A stretch of 64,000 nucleotides of DNA from Pirellulales bacterium (GTDB lineage Bacteria > Planctomycetota > Planctomycetia > Pirellulales > UBA1268). A program made the position numbers and the translations under genes. The stretch lies in assembly GCA_044336985.1 (NCBI GenBank), contig JBIIOK010000001.1:4998-68997 (forward strand), written 5' to 3'. The notes beneath the pieces were generated by a model. It saw only the letters and a program-made list of their open reading frames with translations. It did no database searches and was not told the origin of the DNA. Below are positions 1 through 7,421 of this stretch, in pieces. Position 1 is the stretch's first letter; the number at the start of each line of letters is the position of its first letter.

Positions 1-1580
1 GTGAACTGGATGGCGGACAGATCCCCCTGCAGCGGATCGCGGTAGGGGGCGAGCCAGGGATGGGCCGACCGCGGCGCCGCGAGGGCCAGGGCGGGAGAGA
101 GTTCCTTGTCGTTGCCGAGCTGGGCGGGGGCGAGCCCCGGATTCCGCGGGTCGGCGGAGAAGAAATTCCGGTTGAACTGCAGGGCGCTTGCGTCACCCGA
201 GCAGACGATGAGGAGCGAGCGACCGTCGCGGACGAACGTGCGAAGATCCTCCGCCGCCTTGCCGGGCAGGCTGGAGACGTCGTAGAGCACGATGAGCTCG
301 AACTTGCTGAGCGTCTGGCTGGCGATCGCATCGGGGGCGACCACGGTGGTGTCGATGCCGGTGCCGTTCGAGCGGCCCATTTCACGCCCCGGGTTGAGGA
401 CATACCGCAGGATCGTAGCGCCGTCCACCGTGGAGCCCTCGGCCTCCTCGGCCTCCGCCGCCCCCTGGCCGAGGTTTGCGAGCGACTGATCCTGCGCGGC
501 GGCCTGGCTCGCGCCGTTGACGACGAGCACGCGGCGGCTCTCCGCGACGTTGAGCGGCACGCTCGATGCGTCGTCGGTCTCGAGCGAATCGGGCTCCTTG
601 ATCCGCACGTCGGTGATGGTGCGGACGGCACGGTTCACCGGCATCGTGAGATCGACGATCGCCTCCGCACCGGGCCCGAGCGTGACCTCGGTCACGGCCG
701 GATCGGGCTTGCCGCCGACGACGAGCTGGAGCTTGGCATTCTTCTCCTCCGTGCCGGCGTTCTTGACCGTTGCGATCAGGTGGGCATCGTCGCCGACCTT
801 GACGTTGCCTCCCCGGACACGCGCGGCGGTGACGGCCAGGTTTTCATTGGCATCGCCCGCCAGATTCACGAAGACGAGCTCCAGCTTGTCGCCCAGGCTC
901 GACCGGGCGCGGAGCAGCTTCTCGAGATCCTTCTGGTTGCGGGTGGTGAACGCGGTCGCGCGGAGGTCGGAGAGCACGACGATCTGCGACTTCACCTCCC
1001 GGCGGCCCTGCACGAGGCTCGCCGCGGTGGCAATCGCGTGGACGAGGCCCTCGCCCGATCCGTCGGACGCGCGAATCCTGCCCGGCCCCTCGTCGGGCAC
1101 GCTCGCCAGGGCGGCCTCGTTTCCGGTCTCGAGCGTCGCGAGAACCTTGGTCGAGTCGCCGGCGACGACGACGGCTGACTGGCTCGGCGGCCGGATCTCG
1201 CCGAGCAGCTGGCGGGCCTCGCGAATCGCGAGATCGAGGATCGGAATCCGGGCCGTCTTCTCCGCGTTGAGCACGGTCTGGTTCATGCTCGCCGAGGCGT
1301 CGAGCACGACGACGAGATTCCGCGGGGCCGGCGCCGGGTCGGCCGGGGCAAAGAGCCGGGCCATCGCCAGCACGAGAAGCGCGAGCACCGCCAGCCGCAG
1401 CAGGAGCTGCAACGGATCGATCAGCTTCATCGCGAACTGGTTCGTCCGCTGGTCCTTGGTCAAGAGCCGCAGCGTGGGGAAGTCGCGGATCGGAAACTTG
1501 TGCTTCGCGATCAGGTGCAGCGCGATCGGGACGCTCATCCCGAGCAGACCGGCGAGCATGGCTGGAAAGAGGAAACTCAT
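1..1580 (-). CDS. BatA-like membrane protein (N-terminal double-transmembrane aerotolerance-regulator-type anchor plus vWA-like region); 3' end cut by the left window edge
   Basis: Not in the ORF track because there is no stop inside the window. Manual reverse-strand translation from the ATG (complement of 1578-1580) gives MSFLFPAMLAGLLGMSVPIALHLIAKHKFPIRDFPTLRLL...PRNLVVVLDASASMNQ...SQIVVLSDLRATAF... and stays open to nt 1 (526 codons + 2 nt). The N-terminus matches the BatA_N double-TM anchor. DASAS is a MIDAS-like DxSxS motif. It lies 36 nt downstream of the DUF58 gene, the usual Bat/MoxR operon order. Confidence 0.75.
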   Translation of the reverse strand, partial: MSFLFPAMLAGLLGMSVPIALHLIAKHKFPIRDFPTLRLLTKDQRTNQFAMKLIDPLQLLLRLAVLALLVLAMARLFAPADPAPAPRNLVVVLDASASMNQTVLNAEKTARIPILDLAIREARQLLGEIRPPSQSAVVVAGDSTKVLATLETGNEAALASVPDEGPGRIRASDGSGEGLVHAIATAASLVQGRREVKSQIVVLSDLRATAFTTRNQKDLEKLLRARSSLGDKLELVFVNLAGDANENLAVTAARVRGGNVKVGDDAHLIATVKNAGTEEKNAKLQLVVGGKPDPAVTEVTLGPGAEAIVDLTMPVNRAVRTITDVRIKEPDSLETDDASSVPLNVAESRRVLVVNGASQAAAQDQSLANLGQGAAEAEEAEGSTVDGATILRYVLNPGREMGRSNGTGIDTTVVAPDAIASQTLSKFELIVLYDVSSLPGKAAEDLRTFVRDGRSLLIVCSGDASALQFNRNFFSADPRNPGLAPAQLGNDKELSPALALAAPRSAHPWLAPYRDPLQGDLSAIQF

Positions 1581-1616
1581 GGTGCGTGGGCCGCGGTGCG
1601 GGCGCGGGGTGACGGA

Positions 1617-2528
1617 TCAGCGGGACCGTTGCCGGCGGAAGAGGAGGTAGTCGCGGAGCACGGTCTCGAGCGGCTCGGAGGTGTCGATGAAGCGGTAGTC
1701 GGCGCCCGCCGAGGCGCAGCCGGCCTTGATCGCCTCGCGGAACTTGCCGACGCGGTCGAGGTAGGTCTTGCGGATCCGCAGCGGATCGGTCATCAGCTGG
1801 CCGGTGGTCTCGAGATCGCGGAAGTTTGTCAGGGAGCTGAACGGGAACGTGACCTCGTCGGCGTCGAGCAGGTGGAACACGACGACCTCGTGCCGCCGCG
1901 CGACGAGGTGGCGGATGCCGTCGACCGCCGACTCGATCGTGCTGTGGCAATCGCTGATCAGCACGATCACGCCGCGGCGGCTCAACCGCTGACCGATCAT
2001 CTTCAGCGTGGGCCCGAGATCGCTCTCCCCCTTGCAGGAGAGGCTCTCGAGCTTCGAGAGGATCGTGAACAGGTGCCGCTTGCCCTGCTTGGGAGGCAGG
2101 AAATCCTTCATGTCGGTGTCGAACGTCACGAGCCCGGGCGAATCCTGCTGGTGAGTGGCGAGATGGCTCAGGGCCGCGGCGAGGTAGGAGCCGTATTCGA
2201 GCTTCGAGAGCCGCCCCTTGTCCTGCGGCACGTATCCCATGCTGCCGCTCGTGTCGAGCAGGCAGACGACGTTCATGTTCGATTCCATCTCGAACCGCTT
2301 GACGTAATACCGCTCGGTGCGGGCGAGCATCTTCCAGTCGATCGTCCGCAGCTCGTCGCCGCGGGTGTATTCGCGGTGGTCGACGAACTCCACGCTGTAG
2401 CCGTAGTCGGGCGAGCGGTGGCGGGAGGCGTACATCCCCTCGACGAGCAGCCGGGCCTTGAGTTCGATCCCGGAGATCGAACGCAGGAGGTTGGCGTCTA
2501 GAAACCGGACGGGGGGTGGGGTTTTCAT
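1617..2528 (-). CDS. DUF58 domain protein (vWA-like, normally MoxR-associated)
   Basis: 303-aa ORF with an ATG start. Motifs EFVDHREYTRGDELRTIDWKMLARTERYYVKRFE and VVCLLDTSGSMGY are the typical DUF58 signature. Same strand as, and adjacent to, the BatA-like gene. Confidence 0.9.
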   Translation of the reverse strand: MKTPPPVRFLDANLLRSISGIELKARLLVEGMYASRHRSPDYGYSVEFVDHREYTRGDELRTIDWKMLARTERYYVKRFEMESNMNVVCLLDTSGSMGYVPQDKGRLSKLEYGSYLAAALSHLATHQQDSPGLVTFDTDMKDFLPPKQGKRHLFTILSKLESLSCKGESDLGPTLKMIGQRLSRRGVIVLISDCHSTIESAVDGIRHLVARRHEVVVFHLLDADEVTFPFSSLTNFRDLETTGQLMTDPLRIRKTYLDRVGKFREAIKAGCASAGADYRFIDTSEPLETVLRDYLLFRRQRSR

Positions 2529-2700
2529 CGGGGGAGACTTTCGTGCCTCTCGGAACGGCCGTTAAACTTTAGCACGACCATGCCGGATTCCGCGGCGTGC
2601 CGCCGAATGCACGGCATTTTTGCACTCTCATTCAAGGTGATTCATCGTGCCTGGAGCCGCTGTCATCGCGGGCGGACATCTCGACGCTTGCCTCACCCGG

Positions 2701-3219
2701 TTATTCCGGGGCAGTTCCGCGCACGATGTCGCGAACAGTCGCCAGCGTCATCAGCAGCGTCATCGCTCGCAGCGGCGACTCGACGAAGCCGCGGGAAAGA
2801 TAAAACTGGCGTGCCGGCTCCGAGAGCGCATGAACGAGAACAGCGAAGACGCCCGCCTCCGCAGCGACGGAAAGTGAACGGAGCAGGGCGTCCCGCAGCA
2901 TTCCCTGCCCAATTCCTTGATTGTGCCACCGCCGATCGACTGACATCCGACCAAGAAGCAGGACGGGAAGCGAGTTCGGCGTGTGCCGCCGCACGTTGTG
3001 CGGGGCGGCCGACCGCTCGATCATTCCGGCCGACAACGTGTAGTAGCCGATCACCTTGTTGCCGTCGGCGACGACAAAGCAACGCGAGGCTCCGCTGGCC
3101 TGATTTCGCAGGGCACGTTTCCTCAGCCAGTCGTTGAGCGAAGGCTCACCGCAATCGAAGTCCGTCAGATCGTGTGTCGGCTGAATCGGCGAAGGGGGTG
3201 AGAGTCGGGAGCGGCCCAT
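2701..3219 (-). CDS. GNAT-family acetyltransferase toxin (TacT/KacT-like, partner of DUF1778 antitoxin)
   Basis: The ORF track gives 2701..3240, but codon 3238-3240 is TTG. The first ATG (complement 3217-3219) gives MGRSRLSPPSPIQPTHDLTDFDCGEPSLNDWLRKRA..., the characteristic FDCG..LNDWL N-terminus. The GNAT core reads LLLGRMSVDRRWHNQGIGQGMLRDAL...FYLSRGF. It sits directly downstream of an RHH/DUF1778 gene. Confidence 0.85.
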   Translation of the reverse strand: MGRSRLSPPSPIQPTHDLTDFDCGEPSLNDWLRKRALRNQASGASRCFVVADGNKVIGYYTLSAGMIERSAAPHNVRRHTPNSLPVLLLGRMSVDRRWHNQGIGQGMLRDALLRSLSVAAEAGVFAVLVHALSEPARQFYLSRGFVESPLRAMTLLMTLATVRDIVRGTAPE

Positions 3220-3227
3220 CGATCGAG

Positions 3228-3503
3228 TCACCGCCCCCAAGGCGGCTTGGTCTCGATGAGCCGACGCAGTTTGGGCGTCGCGGGAAGCGGTTTGTCGAGA
3301 AGGCGGTGCAATCGCTCGAAGGTGCCTGCGTCAACCAGGAACAAACTCTGGTCGAGCAGAACATCCTCCGCTTCCCGACAGGCTGCGTCGAGCATGAATT
3401 CGGAGCGACTTCGGCCGAGTCTCTCCGCCGCCCGATCGATGAGATCCCGTTGCCGCTTCCGGGCACGAATGTTGATCGAGACATCCAACCGCGTAGGCTT
3501 CAT
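3228..3503 (-). CDS. DUF1778 (ribbon-helix-helix, TacA-like) antitoxin
   Basis: 91 aa with an ATG start. KPTRLDVSINIRARKRQRDLIDRAAERLGRSRSEFMLDAACREAEDVLLDQ is typical of DUF1778 antitoxins. It is adjacent to, and co-oriented with, the GNAT toxin. Confidence 0.85.
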   Translation of the reverse strand: MKPTRLDVSINIRARKRQRDLIDRAAERLGRSRSEFMLDAACREAEDVLLDQSLFLVDAGTFERLHRLLDKPLPATPKLRRLIETKPPWGR

Positions 3504-3511
3504 GCTTCAGT

Positions 3512-3555
3512 CCTTGTGTACAAGGATACTACACATCGGCGTGTCACTTTTGCAA
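3512..3555 (-). promoter_or_regulatory. Candidate sigma70-type promoter plus operator palindrome for the antitoxin-toxin operon
   Basis: Read on the minus strand: TTGCAA (3555-3550), an 18-nt spacer, TAGTAT (3531-3526), then the inverted repeat CCTTGT-ac-ACAAGG (3525-3512), AGGA, and the ATG at 3503. This is an AT-richer island in a high-GC context. RHH antitoxins usually autoregulate through such palindromes. Confidence 0.4.
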
Positions 3556-3635
3556 TACAAAAGGATAGCCCGGTCAATGGCACCTCCGTTGGGAACCGTT
3601 TGAAACAGAAAGCGGCCAAGCTGCCCGTAGAAATC

Positions 3636-3657
3636 GGTGCCAGCCACCAAATCTGGG
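3636..3657 (+). repeat. REP element copy (single)
   Basis: Exact 22-mer GGTGCCAGCCACCAAATCTGGG followed by CAATCTGG, with an A/T-rich 5' flank as in the other copies. Confidence 0.85.
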
Positions 3658-3678
3658 CAATCTGGGGAGTGCAGGGGA

Positions 3679-4377
3679 TTAATGGACCCAGATCGCTTTT
3701 TCGGCGACGGGGGGTCGCCCGCAGTGTCGGAGCGTCGCGTCGAGATCCAGGTTCGACGCGATCTGCTTCGCCCACGATTCGTCTCCAAACGGCCGACCGC
3801 GCACCGCGCAGGTTCGCAGACTCTGTAACTCGAGCTCAGTTTGCGGTTGGTTCACCCACTCGCGCCATCGCTCTCCGTGCCGCTCAGATGGCTGCGGCAC
3901 CGGCCAGGGGGCGAGCGGAATAGGGTCGCTGGGCGATTCCTGACCAAGGCTCGACCAGGGCCATGCTTCGGCCCTCGAAACGAGATTCGCGCGGAGCGGA
4001 TTTCGCTCGACATAGCGGACCACGGTGTGGAAATAGGCGTCGGTCTGGATCGGAAACGACTTGAACCGCCCCTGATAAAGGTGCCCAAGGCCGATCTCCT
4101 GGTGCGCCTTTTTCCAGCGCTTCACGTGGAGGTTCGAGACTTGCTGGACGAACGCCGACAGTTCACCGTCGCGCTCGGGCCAGAGCACCATGTGCCAATG
4201 ATTCGGCATGATGCAATAACTGCAGATCCGCATCGGCCGGGTTCGCAGCGACTCAGCCACGACGTCGATGAAAGATGCGTAGTCTGCGGCCGATTGAAAA
4301 ATGTTTCGTCGACCGACAGCGCGATTGAGGACGTGGAACGGCAGTCCACCGGGAGCAACTCGATGTGGGCGTGGCAT
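3679..4377 (-). CDS. REP-associated tyrosine transposase (RAYT; IS200/IS605-type Y1 HUH transposase fold)
   Basis: The ORF track gives 3679..4413, starting at TTG. The ATG at complement 4375-4377 gives MPRPHRVAPGGLPFHVLNRAVGRRNIF. HUH motif is in IMPNHWHMVLW. The catalytic Tyr context is VVRYVERNPLRANLV. It is flanked by REP copies. Confidence 0.85.
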   Translation of the reverse strand: MPRPHRVAPGGLPFHVLNRAVGRRNIFQSAADYASFIDVVAESLRTRPMRICSYCIMPNHWHMVLWPERDGELSAFVQQVSNLHVKRWKKAHQEIGLGHLYQGRFKSFPIQTDAYFHTVVRYVERNPLRANLVSRAEAWPWSSLGQESPSDPIPLAPWPVPQPSERHGERWREWVNQPQTELELQSLRTCAVRGRPFGDESWAKQIASNLDLDATLRHCGRPPVAEKAIWVH

Positions 4378-4480
4378 GAACAGATGTATATTTTCTTGCC
4401 AAAGCCTTGTCAAGTTACCTAGCCTTCGAGGGTGGTGCTATTGGCCGTACCTCGCTTCCCCGCAATAGGTGCAGTGAAAT

Positions 4481-4553
4481 GGTGCCAGCCACCAAATCTG
4501 GGCAATCTGCGCAAAAAACCTACCTATCTTTCCCAGATTTGGTGGCTGGCACC
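4481..4553. repeat. REP doublet (REPIN-like inverted pair, 29-nt spacer)
   Basis: Forward 22-mer at 4481-4502 and an exact reverse complement, CCCAGATTTGGTGGCTGGCACC, at 4532-4553. The pair can form a 22-bp stem. Confidence 0.9.
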
Positions 4554-5033
4554 ATTTTTCAAGACGACCGGGCCCAATGGCGACCGGCCGGGCGAATGCG
4601 ACCTCGAGACGACCCGCGACTTCGTGAAGCGGAGCGGCGCCCAGATCGGTATCAACAGCGGGTTCTTCAGCCGCACCGCTGAGGAGCGGCAGCTCGGCGT
4701 GGCCGATCTCAGTTCCTTGGCAGTGAGCGACGGCGTGAGGGTGTCCGATTGGGGCACGTGGATCAAGGACGCATTCAACGTCGCCGCCGACAACACCGTG
4801 ACCTTCGTCGTCCGTCCGAAGGACGCTGCCACCGGATATGCGACCGAGCCGAACGTCGATCTCTACAACGCGATGGCCGGCAACGTGCGGCTGCTCAAGG
4901 ACGGCACGATCCCGCCGGGGCCTGGGGGCGACGCCACCTATCCGCAGACCGCGGTGGGCCACACGGCCGATCACCGGCTCGTCCTCTTCGTCTCCGACGG
5001 GCGGCAGCCGGGGTTCAGCGCGATAACGATAAC
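4554..5033 (+). pseudogene. Phosphodiester glycosidase (NAGPA/DUF2233-like) gene fragment, truncated at both ends by REP doublets
   Basis: The internal part of ORF 4432..5058 reads ...RDFVKRSGAQIGINSGFF...LAVSDGVRVS...YNAMAGNVRLLKDGTI...YPQTAVGHTADHRLVLFVSDGRQPGFS. This matches the central blocks of the family (INgGFF, pLLvkDGk, RTAvG...DGRq..S.G). There is no signal peptide or N-terminal region. The C-terminal ...LNLDGGGS block is missing, and both ORF ends are translated REP sequence (WCQPPNLG / VPATKSG). Confidence 0.55.
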
Positions 5034-5092
5034 GGTGCCAGCCACCAAATCTGGGTAATTTGGCAAATTGCCCAGATTTGGTGGCTGGCACC
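5034..5092. repeat. REP doublet (15-nt spacer)
   Basis: Forward 22-mer at 5034-5055 and exact reverse complement at 5071-5092. The spacer TAATTTGGCAAATTG is itself nearly palindromic. Confidence 0.9.
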
Positions 5093-5175
5093 GGAATTTC
5101 CGGGAGGGGATCGGGGCGGAATTTTGAGCCGTCGCGCTAAACTGTTACGGGTCCCTCGACACGTTGGCCTCCGAG

Positions 5176-5694
5176 ATGCCAGTCTCAGACGACTTCGTCG
5201 CCCTCCTCACCAAGCACCAGCGGCAGCTGCACGCCTACATCTTTTCCCTGATCTGGAACCCCGCCGACGCCGACGACATCCTTCAGGAGACGAACCTCGT
5301 GCTTTTGAAGAAGGCCGCCGAGTTCGATTCCACGCGCGACTTTCTGCCGTGGGCATTGGCGATTGCGAAATTCCAAACGCTCGCCGGCCTCAAGCGCCGC
5401 AAGCGGCTGCGATTCGTGTTTGATGAATCGCTCGCGGCGCTCCTGGCCGACGACGCCGCCCGGGAGGATCCCGTCCTCGAGGCCCGCCGCCTGGCGCTGG
5501 CCACCTGCCTCCAAAAGCTCCCCGCGCGGCAGCGTGACCTGCTCGTTCGCCGCTACGAGCCGAACGCGGTGGTCGGCGAGATGGCCGCGGCGCTCGGCCT
5601 GAGCCTGAAGACGCTCTCCGACCGCCTGCGACGCATGCGGCAGAACCTGCTCGACTGCATCAACCGCACGCTCGCCGAGGAGGCTCTGCCATGA
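5176..5694 (+). CDS. ECF-type RNA polymerase sigma-70 factor (Rhodopirellula/Verrucomicrobium-type)
   Basis: The ORF track start 5164 is TTG; the first ATG is at 5176. Region 2: LHAYIFSLIWNPADADDILQETNLVLLKK...FLPWALAIAKF. Region 4 HTH: LPARQRDLLVRRYEPNAVVGEMAAALGLSLKTLSDRLRRMRQNL. There is a 4-nt ATGA overlap with the next gene. Confidence 0.9.
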   Translation: MPVSDDFVALLTKHQRQLHAYIFSLIWNPADADDILQETNLVLLKKAAEFDSTRDFLPWALAIAKFQTLAGLKRRKRLRFVFDESLAALLADDAAREDPVLEARRLALATCLQKLPARQRDLLVRRYEPNAVVGEMAAALGLSLKTLSDRLRRMRQNLLDCINRTLAEEALP

Positions 5695-7349
5695 CCTCCC
5701 TTTCGCAGCGCGAGCGCGACGAGCTCACGGAACTCCTCAACACTCTGGCCGACGGCGGCCTCTCGGAGGCCGAGGAACGCCGGCTGCGGGAGATCCTCGA
5801 CCGCGGCGTGCCGGCGCGGCGCATCTTCCGCGAGTTCGCCGCGCTGCACACCGTCCTCCACTGGGACTACGCCACGCTCCTGGCCCCGATGCCACCGCCC
5901 CCGTCCCGCGCGGCGAAGCGGGGCGACGACCGATGGTCGCCGATCCGCCGGGCGGCGGCGTTTCTTGCGGCGGCGGCAATGGCCGGGGCCGCGACCGTGG
6001 CCACCTGGATGCTCGTCGTGCAGCCCGCGGGCCCGCCGGCCGGCCGCGGCCCGCTCGCGACTGTGAAGCAAACGCGATTCCTGCTGCCGGCCGACGGCGA
6101 GCAACCGCTCGCGATCGGGCAGGGCCTCGAGGCCGGCCGGATCTCGCTCGTCGGCGGCGCTGTGGAACTCTTGCTCCGCAATGGCGTGGTCGTCGTCTTC
6201 GAGGGGCCGGGCGAACTCGATCTCTCCGGCGAACTGTCGGCGACGCTGCACGACGGCAACCTCGTCGTGCGGATGCCCGAGGGGATGCAGGGCTTCGTCG
6301 TGCGGACGCCCACGACCGACGTGCTCGACCTCGGCACCGAGTTCGCGGTCAGCATCGGGGCGGGCAACGCCACCGACGTGCAGGTGTACGACGGCGAGGT
6401 CATCACCTCGGCGGGCCGGCGACAGGAGGCGACGCGGGTGCCGCGGCGGCTGGTCGCGGGGGATGCGGCGCGATTTCCAGCGGTGCCGAAGGCCGAGCCA
6501 GTGCCGATGGCGTTCCGGCCCGAGCGGTTCGTCCGCGAACTGCCGGCCGACGTCGGCATCCCGCTGGGCAATTCGTCGACGGGCGACGACCTGCGGTATT
6601 ACGGTCCGGCCCGGCAGGCCTCGATCGCCGTCCATCGGGCACCGGCCGACATGGTGATCGACGGCCGGCTCGACGAATGGGGCGATGCGGTTGGCTTCAG
6701 CGGCACCCGCGACGGCACCGCCTCCTGCGCGGAGCGGGCCGACGGGCGGATGATGTACGACGACAGATTCCTCTACATCGCGGCCCGCGTCGGCGATCCC
6801 TTGCCGCTGCGGAGCATCATCGACCCGGAGATCGACGCTGCCTGGGGCTGGCGGGGCGGCGGCGTGCAGGTGCGGGTTTCGACCGATCGGCAGATGGGCT
6901 GGCCGGCCCGCGGCAATTCCTCCAGCTACTACGGCCAGCGGCGGATCGCGCCCTCGCCCGAGCAGGAAGAGTGTGCCCGCAATCCGCGGCTCGCGCATCT
7001 CACGATGTGGTTCCATGCCCCGACGAAGACACCCTGCCTCACGATCGTCGACGGCGCGCTCGTCGGCGAGATGCGGGTCAATCCGGCCGGTTTCAGCGGC
7101 AGCTTCGCCCCCGCCGCCGATGGCACCGGCTACACGATGGAATATGCGATTCCCTGGTCGCAGCTCGGCTGCGCCGACGACCCGCCGCGAAGCGGCGACG
7201 TGCTCGCCGCGGTCTGGCAGGTGATCTGGGCCGACGCGGCCGGCCGCATGCGTCGGGAGCAGATGGTGGAGATCCGCAATCCCGACGAGCCGCTGCGGAT
7301 CTACGTCTGGGAACGCGCCGCCACCTGGGGCCGCGCGGAGTACCAATAA
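5691..7349 (+). CDS. Anti-sigma factor, FecR-like, with C-terminal CBM9/DOMON-like extracytoplasmic module
   Basis: 552 aa. N-terminal anti-sigma region: ELTELLNTLADGGLSEAEERRLREIL. Single TM: AAFLAAAAMAGAATVATWMLVV. FecR-like beta region: GRISLVGGAVELLLRNGVVVVFEGPGELDL...VVRTPTTDVLDLGTEFAV. C-terminal part: VIDGRLDEWGDAVGF...DDRFLYIAARV...GYTMEYAIPWSQLG. Translationally coupled to the sigma gene. Confidence 0.85.
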   Translation: MTSLSQRERDELTELLNTLADGGLSEAEERRLREILDRGVPARRIFREFAALHTVLHWDYATLLAPMPPPPSRAAKRGDDRWSPIRRAAAFLAAAAMAGAATVATWMLVVQPAGPPAGRGPLATVKQTRFLLPADGEQPLAIGQGLEAGRISLVGGAVELLLRNGVVVVFEGPGELDLSGELSATLHDGNLVVRMPEGMQGFVVRTPTTDVLDLGTEFAVSIGAGNATDVQVYDGEVITSAGRRQEATRVPRRLVAGDAARFPAVPKAEPVPMAFRPERFVRELPADVGIPLGNSSTGDDLRYYGPARQASIAVHRAPADMVIDGRLDEWGDAVGFSGTRDGTASCAERADGRMMYDDRFLYIAARVGDPLPLRSIIDPEIDAAWGWRGGGVQVRVSTDRQMGWPARGNSSSYYGQRRIAPSPEQEECARNPRLAHLTMWFHAPTKTPCLTIVDGALVGEMRVNPAGFSGSFAPAADGTGYTMEYAIPWSQLGCADDPPRSGDVLAAVWQVIWADAAGRMRREQMVEIRNPDEPLRIYVWERAATWGRAEYQ

Positions 7350-7352
7350 AAC

Positions 7353-7410
7353 GGTGCCAGCCACCAAATCTGGGTAATTTGCAAACTACCCAGATTTGGT
7401 GGCTGGCACC
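7353..7410. repeat. REP doublet (14-nt spacer) starting 3 nt after the anti-sigma stop codon
   Basis: Forward 22-mer at 7353-7374 and exact reverse complement at 7389-7410. This 22-bp-stem hairpin sits between the anti-sigma gene and the dehydrogenase gene. Confidence 0.9.
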
Positions 7411-7421
7411 ATAATTGACTC

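Larger units (their letters stand above)
3636..4553 (-). mobile_element. REPtron-like unit: RAYT tyrosine-transposase gene flanked by REP copies in inverted orientation
   Basis: The 22-mer GGTGCCAGCCACCAAATCTGGG occurs at 3636-3657 (+), 21 nt beyond the transposase stop. On the other side it occurs at 4481-4502 (+) and 4532-4553 (reverse complement). Confidence 0.7.

Noticed and set aside
60-1950. Plus-strand ORFs 60..1178 (372 aa) and 517..1650 (377 aa), and minus ORF 844..1950 (368 aa).
   Set aside because: The real gene here is the minus-strand BatA-like CDS (1..1580), which lies in a third frame and is missed by the track because its stop is outside the window. The listed ORFs have no motifs and a skewed composition.
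5093-5175. An attempt to read an ECF-type autoregulatory promoter (GGAAT...CGTC-like) upstream of the sigma gene.
   Set aside because: Several weak GGAAT(T) matches exist (5093-5099, 5125-5131), but none has convincing -35/-10 spacing. This cannot be called without a consensus for this ECF group.
3636-7410. Possibility that the repeated 22-mers with short spacers form a CRISPR array.
   Set aside because: The copies alternate in orientation as inverted pairs. They are spread over kilobases with genes between them and have no regular repeat-spacer periodicity. There are no cas genes. The arrangement fits REP/REPIN elements instead.
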